Shown in pieces: positions 1 through 13,714 of a stretch of DNA of 64,000 nucleotides. Source of the DNA: Adineta vaga (taxonomy: Eukaryota > Animalia > Rotifera); the NCBI GenBank assembly GCA_021613535.1, contig CP075495.1:9796001-9860000 (forward strand), written 5' to 3'. The position numbers and the translations under genes were made by a program. The notes below the pieces were generated by a model. That model was not told where the DNA came from. It searched no databases and worked only from the letters and a program-made list of their open reading frames with translations. How positions within the stretch are numbered: position 1 is the first letter of the stretch; every line of letters starts with the position of its first letter.

Positions 1-52
1 GTGTCTTTCTTACATATGTATTGATAACATTTATTGAATTATTCTTCCATAG

Positions 53-2975
53 TCCATGATTAGTCAAGTATTTAATCGTGTCAATGATGTTCGAGATTTA
101 TGTGAAAAACGTTGTGAACAACTTCGACGTTTAGCTTTACCAATCCATCGACCTATACAACGTGTACATCCATTGTCACTTCAACAAACAGAATCATTGA
201 ATCTTATTAGTACAACAACATCACTTTTACAACAACAAATGAATGAACATTTGATCTCCTCTGATAATGATCACAATCTTTCTTCGTCATCATCCTCATC
301 AAATCATAATAATAACAGCAATAATATGACACATAGTGATTGTACGATTGCTCAAAATACAAAAATGGATAAGAAACAACGGTAAGATTCATTGAGTAGA
401 AGTATGTAGAACTATTTTAACTATTTCATTTCAATATAGACATGTTGTTACTGAATTGTTAGTAACGGAACAAGTTTATGTAGAAGAATTACGTACAATT
501 ATTGAGGTAATGATAAATATATTTTACTAGTTTTATTTGAATTGATATGAATAGGGCTATATGCTCAAATTTGATGAACCAGAACGATATCGTTATTTAC
601 CACCGACAATTATACAAAATAAATCAGTCCTCTTTTCCAATTTACCGGATATTTACGCATTTCATGCTACGTAAGCATCTATGTCGTTTTTGTTTTTGCT
701 TTTATTATTGATTTATTCATTCATCCATTTAAATATAATTTAGATCCTTTCTTCGCGATCTTAAACAAATCTATGATGATCCATCTGTATCGAATACAAG
801 CTCAATTGGCAGTACTATTGCTACATGTTTTATCAAACGAGTAAATCTTTTCATATAATCGCATTTAAGTGAACCGAAAAGAGAATGACCTTACACTAGA
901 AGATGATTTTACTTTTCGATTTTATCTTTATCATCTTTCGTCATGCTAACATATTCAATCTATCAATTAAGATTTACAACATATTGTTAGACTTAACATC
1001 AAATACGTAAATATCGTATGTATACGTCATAGTTGGTAGAGAAAAATCAATTGAGTTTAAAATGTATGAACAAGGAAAAGATTAGAAGAGAATCTAATTC
1101 AACAAATGAAAATGTCATAGGTATACATTGAACTAAATCTGATTTATCAATCTATTGTAATTTGAGATGTACACATTTCATATAGAAAAAAAAACTTGTT
1201 ACTTTATAATAACATGTCTACGATATTTAGCACAATTATTGTTTGAATGTCATTGACATGATTTTTCCAATAATCGAAGTCAAGAAGTTTCCTTACTAGA
1301 ATATCAATCAAACCTTGACTATACATCGATAAATGATATGACTGTCTCATGTCGGAACGAAGGTTAACAGCTGTATCATAGAAGTTTTTGTAAACCATGA
1401 AATCAATAACATGTGTTTGAGTAATGATTGATCGAGAAAAATACTTACAGCATAATAGTTGTATGTTGACACAATGTCATGATAGGATCAAGTGCATGAG
1501 TATCCTCAAGGAAAATAAGCATCAAAAATTTGTCCATAGAATAATTCATTATGTTTACGTTATTCAATGATAATATCTTTATTTTTTTTTGTTTAGAAAT
1601 CAAATTTTAAATTATACGAACAATATGTGCTCAATAAATCTCAATCAGAACGTATTTGGGAACAATTTTGTTCTGGACATCCATTTTTTACAGTATATAA
1701 AACACATTCTTCTTTCATTGACAATAAAATCAAGTTTATCTAATCGAATTCTTTTAGAAAATCCAACAATCACTTGGGCATCGTCTTCCATTAGATTCTT
1801 ATCTATTAAAACCAATTCAACGAATTACACAATATCAACTTTTACTCAAAGTAAATGAAATTTCTTGAAATCATTTTTTATCTTTACTCTCTTACGAAAA
1901 AAAAGGAATTAATCAAATATACACGTAATGAACAAGAATGTTTACATTTACAAGAAGCTCTTCGTGTAATGCTTAACATCTTATCTGATTTAAATGATGT
2001 TATGCATTCCACACAAATTGTTGGTTATTCCGTATGTGAAATTCATTCACTTATATTTTATTTTCTAAAATTTTCTTCAATAATATAGGATAACTTGAAT
2101 ACATTAGGTCGAATACGTTTACGTGGTGAAAATTGTTTAATATCAAAAGAAAAACGTCGTGGAACAGTTTATACTCGAACGAAAACAAGTACAAGAGATA
2201 TCTTTTTATTTGAACGAGATATTTTATTGTGTAAGAAGAAAGACGAAGGAAATGGCAAATCCGTTCAATATCAATTGAAAGAAATTATTCGAGTGAATAT
2301 AGATATTTTAAGAATACATCAATCGAAAAATGATTATTCAATCTTTAGATTATTGATATTGCTGTATGTACACATCCAAAAAATGATCGAAATAAATTTG
2401 AACTTCTACTCAAAGATTGGTCGTATATTATACAAGTATATTGATATATTTAAATTTGGAAAAGTTAAAAACGAAATTCTCTCTTTTAGCTTCCAAATCT
2501 TTCTTCCAATGGAGAAAAAGCTGAAGAGATGAGTGTTAAATGGATTGAGATCATTAAAAGTTGTGTTACACAACAGACCGAACAACGTCGAGGTTTGTAG
2601 ATGAATTCTTGAAATGTAGATTTCTATTCCATATTTTATTTAGCTGAAATGAAACAACGAAGTGCTTCATTAGACCATCCAGCCTATGCTCATCGTAGAC
2701 ATTTACAACATCGAGCAACTGTAACAATTCGAGCTCCGTAAGGAAGTTTTCTTCATTTTAATTAACATTTGTTGACTTTCTTTTTCTAGAGAATCTGATG
2801 ATCCTGATGAAGAACTAAACCCTCCAAGTCCATTAAATGATTTGAATAAAATTAATATCAAACGAAATCCTAAAATAGTATGTAATAAGCAATTTGTTTT
2901 TTTTATTAAGACAAACGATTATTACTTCTTGTTTGTTCTATTTAGTCGATAAATAACAGTATTGCACGTCTTTAG
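53..2975 (+). CDS. Dbl-family RhoGEF (Dbs/MCF2L-like, DH-PH), 5'-truncated by the window edge, ~13 exons visible
   Basis: Spliced exons give a spectrin-end motif (LRRLALPIHRPIQRVHP, cf. RPVQPV in MCF2L), a DH domain (RHVVTELLVTEQVYVEELRTIIEGY...LFSNLPDIYAFH...YLLKPIQRITQYQLLLK) and a PH domain (LGRIRLRGE...RDIFLFERDILLCKK). GT-AG introns keep the frame; stop TAG at 2973-2975. Confidence 0.9.
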
Positions 2976-5900
2976 ATTGTCAAGGATTTCTTAAATCATT
3001 GCCATTATTCAGATATTTCATCCAGGTATACTTTTTTTTCTACATGTATTGAATGAAATTCACATTTATTTTAGTTTTCAATGTAAATAAAACATTGTAT
3101 CTGGTTCTAAACAATCCGGTGATCATGTTTTCTTCTTCTTCTTCTTCTTTATGTTCTGTTTTTGTTAATTTTAAATTGTATATTAAGTATAAATAGATTT
3201 GAATTCTAATCATCCATCCAATTTCATTTAAATGAAATTATTCGTTTGTTAGTTTTTCTGATGAATGATTAAGTCGATTTTCGCCATTGATTTAAATAAA
3301 TTATGTACGATAAAGCGTCTGGTTTTTATTAAATTCGAAAATTGTCTTAGCTCTTAGGTTAAAATTCACGATAACAGCTCGAGTTCTATTTGTCTTGATG
3401 CTGGCATTAAAATACGAGAACTTATGTCATATTTTCCTAACCCTCAATGTCAAATCTATCTTTGGATATCGTGTTGATAAGCGAAATCATCAGCTAAGAG
3501 TTGTTTATATCAAAATTCGACATTCTGAATGATAATATAGTTACTTCTCAATATTTGTCAGAAATAAATTGATAGAAAGTTGTTCTGTTTTATAGACAAT
3601 ATCACATAGATGGAGTTTTCAGAAAAATGATTAGTGCAATGTACACTGTAGAAAGTCTGTTTCCTGCTTTCTCTCTCTCTCTCTCTCTCTCCCCACTTTC
3701 CACTCTGTGGATCGAAAGTATTCACGCGAAGACGAGCAAAAAGAAATAGTGACATCTTCTGTTTACTTTCAAAAGAAGAAACATACTTGAAGCTTACCGG
3801 ATTTGTTCTTACTATAGTCAACGATACGGGACAACAAATATAATCTTGTTAGAGATTATTCCTATATAATCTGTCATTAGCCACACAAGTTTTTATTGTA
3901 TTATTAAAAACACGTATGTATTCTTGAAGAAAATATATTCATCAAACATCTTTTGTCAATGGTCACACATTCTATTCAAATTATTTCTACTAAGAACATC
4001 TGTAGATGAATCGATTAGATAATTAGAATAATTACATGATAAAAAATTCTCTTAATTCATAATTCCATTACGAAATAGGAAACAAATTAAAATTTTTTTA
4101 CTCCGCAATCATTCGATGTTGTTTTTTTTCTTTTTCATGAAAAGTATGTCTCTGAAGAATAGAAAAAGAATGCTGTAATACGTTATCATGCAGAAATGAA
4201 CGTATTATTGGCAAATGTCCTCATGTTTTAGTAAATAATACGATCTAGTTTTGATTAAATCCTAACAGTCAGGTACAACATGCTTTTTTCTTTATTTTCA
4301 ACCATATCTTACGACTTAATCATCGTTGAGAAATATGATCTATCATTGTATCAAGAACAACGAAGACCTATTTAAGAAAATTACTAACAACAGAATATCT
4401 CTTTGGGTTTCTTTTCAAATTAAAACCTATGAAGTCTTCTAGACCACATGAACTCATTTGTTGATAAAATGATGCGAAGTTATTCATAAATTTGAAAGGT
4501 ATTTCTAGCATGAAATTAGAAATGCTAAAAATAAGTTCTTGTTTGCTCTATCATATTCTATTTCCATAGAATTCCAAATTTCTATTGTTCTCTGACAATA
4601 GTTTTTCTCTTCCATAAGTTGAAATATATAATGCCGAGATGAATCAGTATTTTAAATGACAAATGAATAGTTTAATATAAAAGCATATCGATTTGATCTT
4701 TTGTCTTCTAATCTACAATTTGACTTCTTTTCTTTTTGTTGTTTCTTTATCTATTTATACCAACTAGATTTTGATTGTTCTGTTCTATCTTATCAGTGAT
4801 TCGTAAAATGATCGAGACATATTAAGAATGTAGGACATGTTTTTGTAAAAACTTATCATTCTAAAAAGTTCTCATTGATAATAATGAATCAAATTACTAA
4901 TTCATAGCATAAATTTCGCATTTCATAGAAAAAATCAAGAACTATCACATTTGATATGTTATGTAATAACGAGAATAGAATGGATACATTTAAGCTACTT
5001 AATAAATGAATGAAACTAATAAGGAAATAAGTACTTTATTTCTGCAATTCTATGCAATTCTACCTTATTATCTTTTTCAAAAAAACTCCATTCTTTCAAT
5101 TTATATTTCTCATATTCCTTTTCGACATTGCATTTTTTATGTTTATTTATCCTTTATAAAACTCAGATATAGAAGAAAACCGTTCGTATGAGTAGATATG
5201 AAAAAATTAATATCATCATATACACGTGGTACATAATCGACTGATAAACAAGGAAAAAAGCAGAAAAAAAAGAAGGATAAAATATCGTTGATCATTCGAG
5301 AGAAAAAAAGGAAGGGTTAAGAGAACGTTGAGTCGAACGTGTTATTACTTAAATAATAGAAACAGAATGAGCCTTGACACGCTAGGCAAAGATGCATCTT
5401 TTTCTTTCAAGAATACGTCGAGGAAAGACAAAAGTTGAAAATTAAGTACGTAAATCTTTGAAAAAACAAACACTTTACATAGATTCTTTCGACTCATTGA
5501 CATATCTTAAAAGGAAAAATACGACAGGTAGAACATATCTTCATTCATTTAATGGTATATATTAATGGAAAACAGAAAAAAGAAAGACTTTAGCACCTTT
5601 TTTCTCAATATAAATGCATCTTAAATATATATTTTAATATTCTTTCTAAGAGCCAGTTTATTATGTTGGCAATATTCTTCCATTATCGAATATAGAAACC
5701 ATTTATAGTTGTAAATACATATTGTTTTCAATGAGATCAGATAAACTTGTTGTATAAGATACTTTCGACAAGTCAACATAAGAATATATACATTTTGTTC
5801 GTAATAGAAGGTCCTATAGTATTAAAAATGATAATATTTGAATCAGATAAGATACTTCATATTTCAGATGTCGTTGAAGTAATAAGTCAAAGGATGTCGA

Positions 5901-7127
5901 TATACAAAATAGTCAACTATCTCTTATCTGTTGATGTTTAAGATACATATATAGAAGGAAAATTAAATATTTTTGAAAGTAAGTGGACGATTTACGTTTT
6001 TTTTGCTACATCGAATTCGAAATGAAAGTAAAGATAAAAGAAACAAATATGTTAAATAAATGCGCATTTTTATGACTTTATCTGTCAAAAACAGTCAAAT
6101 CAATACTTACTTCCATAGATTTTCAATCTGTTGAGAATTGATTATGTGTAGAAAATAGTGAATGTTGCTAGAGCTTGTTCTCTATTCAATGTCAAATTTA
6201 TCTACTTGAAAAAGCAAGTCATCTGTTTCTAGCAAAGCGATTTTTCTAATATTTCATTAATAACGGAATAAAATAATAGGCTGTTATACTGAAAGAAATA
6301 TTGGAATGTTTTAAAGACGATAATAATTAGACATGTTCTTTTTTAGTATATAGAGTTATTTTGTGCAAAAACTCCTTCGAATTCAATTAAATTTTATTGA
6401 AGATCAATCATTTCTTACGATTTCATTAAATGATATAAATTAACAAGCTGAAATGGTAAGATAAATACAACTTCTACTAATTGGTTAAATTCTGATTATA
6501 TTATTGATATTCCTTCCTGCTAGGGTAATTGACAGAGACTAACACTTTCTACTGTTCGTGTCATTGAGTGAGATAAAAATGATGCTTTATATTGTTTTTC
6601 TTGAAATAGCTAACGAAACTTAAATAAATAGTATTGGAAGATATTATTTCCATTCTGTTGATTTTGAAAGCTCATTACATAAATAATAATGCATGGCAGC
6701 ATACACTTCCGCTCATGTCGCTTGTCATTTGCTACAAAATGAAATTGTTGAGTGACATAAAATGTTCAACAAACTTATTCTTTTTACTTTCAAGAGTAAA
6801 CTAAAAATCCTCTCGACATTTTATATCAATCTTTTTCTTTTTTCAGAATAGGAAATGTTGAATTTCATCAAAGATGGAATTTACGATATCTATTGTCAAA
6901 AGAATGAAAGAATATTATCAACAAAATTTCACGAAATTAATTTTAGTCATAGATAGTCTTGTTTGGTTAAAGCTTACGAAGGTTTTCATTAATCAACTCA
7001 AGATAGATAAATGAAGACTCGTATATAAAAAAAACTTACAAATCACTGTGACCTTTAGAATAGAAGTAAATTAAGGGAAAACTAGTAGTATAAATAGAAT
7101 AAAATCTAATCTAGGGTAGTCTTATTC

Positions 7128-7618
7128 ATTTTAGAACAACGCATTTCAACCAATGACAACTGGAATACATTATTGTGGACAAAAATCACCCACTTCATTG
7201 CATCGCTGTATCATCTGTGGATCAAAATCAATTGGCATCAACTTTGGTGTACTTACTTGTGCTCCTTGTAAAGGTATCGTCGTAGAACTAGATTGTTTCT
7301 TTTTTCATTTGTGTATATTCTGTTATTTGATTTGTTTTGTACAATAGCTTTCTTTCGACGAAATGCAAGACGAAAAGAAGTAAACGAAACAATGAGAAAG
7401 TTGTGATGTGATGATGGAATGATTGTATTTGTAGCTTCTTGAATTGCCATGTCGACATCGTGATTTGAGTGCATTGATAGTGAATGAAAGTGAAATGAAC
7501 GAAAGAACGATGCGTTATTTACAAATTCGTCGATGTTCATCATGTCGATTGCGTCGATGTTTTGATGTGGGTATGAAAGAAGAATTAGTTCGAACAGATG
7601 AAGAAAATGAACGATACA
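7128..7618 (+). repeat. Near-identical direct repeat 1, copy A (partner 11729-12219)
   Basis: By-eye alignment: ~490 bp with 3 substitutions, including introns 1 and 2. Confidence 0.95.
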
Positions 7619-9311
7619 GGCAACTTCTTGATATAAATCGAAGACAGCGAGATTTAATAAAGCAACAACTTCGACAAATCAAAAACCAGTCCATTCCTCA
7701 TGTATGTATTGAGATAATGTAAAAAAGTACTTAGTTATGTTTTCATGGCTACTTCCGAACATAGTAGTAATATAAAAGCTAAATTCAACCTTTCATAGAT
7801 AAAAGAAAGGAAGATTTATGTATATATCAGCCAAGAAGTAATTCGAAAAGAATCGATTATCAGATAATACTGAAGTACTGATTATGATTGAACTAAACGA
7901 AACTTCTCATTTTTAATCAGTGACAACGCTTTTTAAAGATGAACTTTTTCTAAATTGGTTATATTTCAATTACATTTTTATCGGATTCTATTTATGTATG
8001 CACTTATATATATATATTACTGCGTCATTAATATTTTCCAATTAGTGAATATCCAATTCCCTACTTAATTTCAAGAGAAGGCTTTTTCTTGTGTACCGGA
8101 GAATACTTTCCCTTCTTTACAGAATTCATTTGTCTTCCTTAGAGGTTTCAACGAGCTAACTGTTAAAATATAAAGGCATTGCCAGAGTGAATGAAATATT
8201 CCAAGAAACACCTACATAAAAACAATTTTTGACAGTGATCTTTCGTAGTGTATGAACTCATTAAAAACCATTTTTCTAAAACAAATAGAATTTAAATTAG
8301 AATCAAGTAGAGAAACTTTGCAAAATAACATGCACACGGAAGTTAACTGTCATTATTGGCATGATATCCTACCTAAATCTAGAATGAAGATCTATCGATA
8401 GAACAACTGAAAATCAATCTATATCAATAAAATAACTGCATAAGTTATTTTTAAATGTTTATTTTAGCACCTAATTGATAACATTGATTTATCAGCTGAT
8501 ATAGATTGGAATCATTTGTCAAACATTGTTTATGCATACGATTCATGTTGCATCAAAACTTATATTCGACAACGTTCAACCACAGTTTTCACTAATGAAT
8601 CACAAGTGCTTGACAATCAATCCATCAGTATCTATCCCACTGCTGCTACCATGGCCATTGTTCTATCTGTCTCGGCATTTCTTAAAGCATTACCTGCTTA
8701 TCATTCTCTTCCACGATCTATTCGAAATTATCTTTGTAAAACAAACATTCGACCATTGATCTTTCCTAGTATTCATGAGCTCAACCAATCTTGTTTTCAT
8801 GAAGCATGGCAGGTAAGAAACCAATGGCTGACGAAAACTATTTCTTTTGTATATGATGATGATGATATCTTTGTAGACAGCTGCTTACAAAACAACATGG
8901 CAACTCATGTGTGGTTCACAACTCTATGAATTCTTTCATCAGGCAGAAATACTAGCTGAGACGAAGTGGGTCACTGATCCAATCGTGACACGTCTCTTTG
9001 TAGTTATTCTGTTTTTCTCAACTCCTCTTCATTACCATGATAATTGTGCAACACCAACAAAGATTTTGAAGAAAAAACAACCTCTAATTCAGATACAAAA
9101 TGCCTATGCTACTCTTTTGTGGAAATATCTTTTGTATCGATATGATATGATGGGTGCTGTTCGAATTTTTTCAAACTTAGTGAATGTATATATTAAAATG
9201 CAAACAGTTGGATTTGGTATCTACACACAGTTGGCGACACAGAAAAACTTGATACCAACGAATGAAACACTTAATAAATTGGTTACACTCGATATTAACG
9301 CTAGTGAATAA
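7153..9311 (+). CDS. Atypical nuclear hormone receptor, copy A (NR1J/HR96-like)
   Basis: Exons 7153-7273, 7348-7379, 7435-7701, 8468-8812, 8877-9311. DBD: [29 protein letters not shown]...CSSCRLRRCFDVGM. LBD: WNHLSNIVYAYD, FLKALPAYHSL, DPIVTRL, IQNAYATLLWKYL. NFxxxTC and CKAFFRRNA match the HR96/DAF-12 group. Confidence 0.92.
8492..9292 (+). repeat. Near-identical direct repeat 2, copy A (partner 12886-13689)
   Basis: By-eye alignment: ~800 bp with 2 substitutions and one extra GAT unit in intron 4 of copy B. Confidence 0.95.
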
Positions 9312-9588
9312 AAAAAGAAGATTTAGAGCAATAGAACGAGGCTTTGGTACCTTATTTCATTATGAAAAAAGTCAAACATAAGTTCTCTATTTTTAGATAT
9401 TTTCTGCACTGCTTTTTAGAAAATAAAGTTGAAACAATGAGAAATCAAATAAGTTCTTTGGACGTACTAAATGAAAATTATGTTCTGATTAGATATATGA
9501 TGAATTTTAAATAACGATACAAATATTTCATTTCTTTCAATAGTTAAATAGATGGCGTTTTCAAATGTTCCTATCAGTACTTTTTCTA

Positions 9589-9603
9589 TGACCTGAATGA
9601 CCT
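9589..9603 (-). promoter_or_regulatory. Perfect DR3 nuclear-receptor response element (AGGTCA ttc AGGTCA)
   Basis: Plus strand reads TGACCT gaa TGACCT, between NR copies A and B. Function not demonstrated. Confidence 0.45.
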
Positions 9604-11728
9604 TTGTATGTATTTGGAGCAGAATACTTATTTAGTTTTTCAGCAACGAGATATTGAGTATAGGGAATTGACTTTAATAAATAGTAGTCAATAATCTAGC
9701 AAATTAAAACTAATCTATCAATATCATTCATAACTTGTTTTTTGAGTATTCATTTTTCAAGAAGAATAACTTTTATTTTATCAACGACAGTCAATTATCT
9801 TTGGTATCAAATACTTTTTCTTTCTTACGTAAACTTTCGAAGATGTTGTAACACGTTTACTAATGAATTATCATCACATATAAGTTAAAGAAAAGCATTT
9901 ATTACAATTTACAAGTCAATACATATGTATATATATATATCGGATAAGAAAGGCGAATATAACAATAGTGATCGCGATACAGAAAGAAAAAAATGTGCAT
10001 CAGAATATATTTAAGATGAAGCGAACATTTATTTTTTATATGATAAGACAATAAGAAGCTGCGGTGTGGGTCGGTTTGTATATACGATATTCTTGTGTTG
10101 CTTTTTTTTCAAAAGGAAAGAAAATAGATGGTATCAATCTAAATTATTACTTCTTTTTCTTCGGTACTTACATTAGCAGAATATATACATGGAATAAATA
10201 ATATATGTTAAGTTAGAATAGTTTCCAACAAAGAAAAAAACAACAATCATTTAGATAGAGTTAATGTTAACGTCGAGGTTATTTTTATTCAAGTACATAA
10301 TAATACAGACCTGTTTAACTTGATATAAACTAATCATTAATATCAATTTGAGTACAGAAAATGTATCTTATTGATAAATTTCTTTTTTTTCTATCGTTCA
10401 GTATTCAGAAAAGGAAATGAATTTCGTCCTATGCCTCTTGAGTGTTTTTTTCCAAGTTAGAATACTGTTAGTGTCTTATTTGCTTTTTCTTCTCTTCCAT
10501 ACTAGACTAAAAGAACATATGTCAGCATAAAGTCCCTCATCGAACTTCATACTATTTGGCTCTATTCTAACCTGGTTATCGAGGATATATACAAGTAGCT
10601 ACGTATACATACTTCTTTTTTTTCTTCAGTACTAATTCTTTCGTTCTCCTGAACTTATTTTCACAAATACTATTCCTGTTAGTTGTTGTTTCATTGAAGT
10701 TGATTGAGAAGTTTTTTTCTAATATTTTGTTTTGTTCATTTTTACTTTAGTATTCACAGATTGTCCTACATAGTACATATTATTTGTCAATAATCTGACA
10801 AATTTATCGGCAAGAATTCATACAACTAGTCAATTAATCATGCATTCATACGATGGTGATACGGATAATGATCTTACGGTAAGTGTTCCGATCGAATCTA
10901 CCTGTATTGCTTCTATAGTTTTCATTGCTTGAATATATGACTAAGTAGATTTGATTATCTTTAGTTGTTGCTAGCAGCGTATTTATAATTAAACGAAAGA
11001 AGAAAAGATAGGTTGTTTTTTAGAATAAAGAGAAGTGAATTTGAAATGTTGCATCTAAGAGATAAATATTTATGTCAGAGGAAAACTGGAAGTCGATCTA
11101 GAGGCGGAAATTTTTCACTTTCGTTATGTTTTTCTCGAATCCATATTCCGATGCAGTAAGTACATTTGTCATGCTTAGCTTGTTTCATATCCTGAATACA
11201 GCTATATCAATATGTGTAAGAGAGAGAGAAAAGAAAAAATAAGACAGAACGACAAGCGTCACATGTATTCACAAACAAGTCGAAGATACTAAGCGACATA
11301 AGTAAATGTATAAATGTTTATGTGTGAAATAAGGTGATGTACTGATTGGCGGGATATATATATATCAATCAAAGGAAAATTTCGTTAAATATGAAAGTAA
11401 TGTATATTTTAATTTATTATGGAGTTAAAATCTTGGGAAATGTAAATGCTTCCTTAAACTCAAAATTTTATACAGAAGGTTTTGTTTGTCTTTTGATCAT
11501 ATCTTCATCCGCAAAAAACTACTTCCTACGTGTGTGTATCCTTCTAAAATATTTTCGTTTCTACAGTACGTCACTAATGAAAAATAGAGCATCGTCTATA
11601 TTAAAATTCATCAAACTTTGATTAATACGACTAGTCTATTCAATATGAAATGAGTAAATATGTACTAATGATGATAAATAGTATTATGTTATTCAGTTTT
11701 TTATTATATTCAAATCTAAACTTATTGA

Positions 11729-12219
11729 CTTTTAGAACAACGCATTTCAACCAATGACAACTGGAATACATTATTGTGGACAAAAATCATCCACTTCATT
11801 GCATCGCTGTATCATCTGTGGATCAAAATCAATTGGCATCAACTTTGGTGTACTTACTTGTGCTCCTTGTAAAGGTATCGTCGTAGAACTAGATTGTTTC
11901 TTTTTTCATTTGTGTATATTCTGTTATTTGATGTGTTTTGTACAATAGCTTTCTTTCGACGAAATGCAAGACGAAAAGAAGTAAACGAAACAATGCGAAA
12001 GTTGTGATGTGATGATGGAATGATTGTATTTGTAGCTTCTTGAATTGCCATGTCGACATCGTGATTTGAGTGCATTGATAGTGAATGAAAGTGAAATGAA
12101 CGAAAGAACGATGCGTTATTTACAAATTCGTCGATGTTCATCATGTCGATTGCGTCGATGTTTTGATGTGGGTATGAAAGAAGAATTAGTTCGAACAGAT
12201 GAAGAAAATGAACGATACA
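11729..12219 (+). repeat. Near-identical direct repeat 1, copy B (partner 7128-7618)
   Basis: Matches 7128-7618 at offset 4601. Confidence 0.95.
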
Positions 12220-13714
12220 AACAATTGGTCGGTATAAATCGAAAAAGACGAGATATGTTAAGACAACAGTTACTTGAAATCAAAGATTTAGCAATCCCTC
12301 AAGTATGTATATGTGTTTAGATAATTTTTGCTTCTTCTAAATACTCTGAAGTCAGATAGAACTGTAATCTTCTGATAGAATTCAAATGTTTATAGCATCA
12401 ATAGAGAATATTAATTAGCAATGAGAAATTGCTTTACGTGTTAAATTAGTCGTATTCATTTCAAACATTATAAAGTAGGATGTTCGAAATATTCTTGCCG
12501 CAGGGCAGTGAACGACGTTAGTTCAGTTGTTAACTTTTGCGAAACATAAATAATCATAATCGCACTAATCATTCATACAACCAAATATAATAAATTTTGA
12601 CAGATTTTAAATAGCGGATATTGTCTTTGTTAACATAGTGCATCCTCGATTTCATCTGCTTTTTTAAACTATATTATTAACTTTAAAATAACTTAAATGA
12701 TACATTATACATCTGGAAGGATATAGTGCTGAAGAGTTTAATACAAAGCAGATAAAAACAAAAGAATTGTTGAATATTTGAATTTGAAATTTTCGAATCA
12801 GATTTAGATCGTATTTTTCTTTAATGAATATTACGTATATTTATATTTCGTATGTTTTTAGCGTATTTTCATCGATGTGAAATTGTCAGCTGATATAGAT
12901 TGGAATCATTTGTCAAACATTGTTTATGCATACGATTCATGTTGCATCAAAACTTATATTCGACAACGTTCAACTACAGTTTTCACTAATGAATCACAAG
13001 TGCTTGACAATCAATCCATCAGTATCTATCCCACTGCTGCTACCATGGCCATTGTTCTATCTGTCTCGGCATTTCTTAAAGCATTACCTGCTTATCATTC
13101 TCTTCCACGATCTATTCGAAATTATCTTTGTAAAACAAACATTCGACCATTGATCTTTCCTAGTATTCATGAGCTCAACCAATCTTGTTTTCATGAAGCA
13201 TGGCAGGTAAGAAACCAATGGCTGACGAAAACTATTTCTTTTGTATATGATGATGATGATGATATCTTTGTAGACAGCTGCTTACAAAACAACATGGCAA
13301 CTCATGTGTGGTTCACAACTCTATGAATTCTTTCATCAGGCAGAAATACTAGCTGAGACGAAGTGGGTCACTGATCCAATCGTGACACGTCTCTTTGTAG
13401 TTATTCTGTTTTTCTCAACTCCTCTTCATTACCATGATAATTGTGCAACACCAACAAAGATTTTGAAGAAGAAACAACCTCTAATTCAGATACAAAATGC
13501 CTATGCTACTCTTTTGTGGAAATATCTTTTGTATCGATATGATATGATGGGTGCTGTTCGAATTTTTTCAAACTTAGTGAATGTATATATTAAAATGCAA
13601 ACAGTTGGATTTGGTATCTACACACAGTTGGCGACACAGAAAAACTTGATACCAACGAATGAAACACTTAATAAATTGGTTACACTCGACGTTAACGAAG
13701 TACAAATAGATTAG
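11754..13714 (+). CDS. Atypical nuclear hormone receptor, copy B (near-identical to A in DBD and LBD)
   Basis: Same 5-exon structure as A (exon 1 from 11754, exon 3 ends 12302, exon 4 from 12862, stop at 13714). Hinge and C-terminal tail differ from A. Confidence 0.92.
12886..13689 (+). repeat. Near-identical direct repeat 2, copy B (partner 8492-9292)
   Basis: Matches 8492-9292. Confidence 0.95.

Noticed and set aside
2546-2567. Bantam-like sequence tgagatcattaaaagttg
   Set aside because: It lies inside a RhoGEF coding exon with no hairpin partner. Chance match.
7121-7152. AG acceptors just upstream of each NR start codon as trans-splice sites
   Set aside because: Plausible GT donors lie ~65-80 nt upstream in A, B and D, so ordinary 5' UTR introns explain them.
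7253-7543. Antisense 96 aa ORF repeated at 11854-12144
   Set aside because: It is a shadow of the NR exons. Its repetition simply reflects the homogenised tract.
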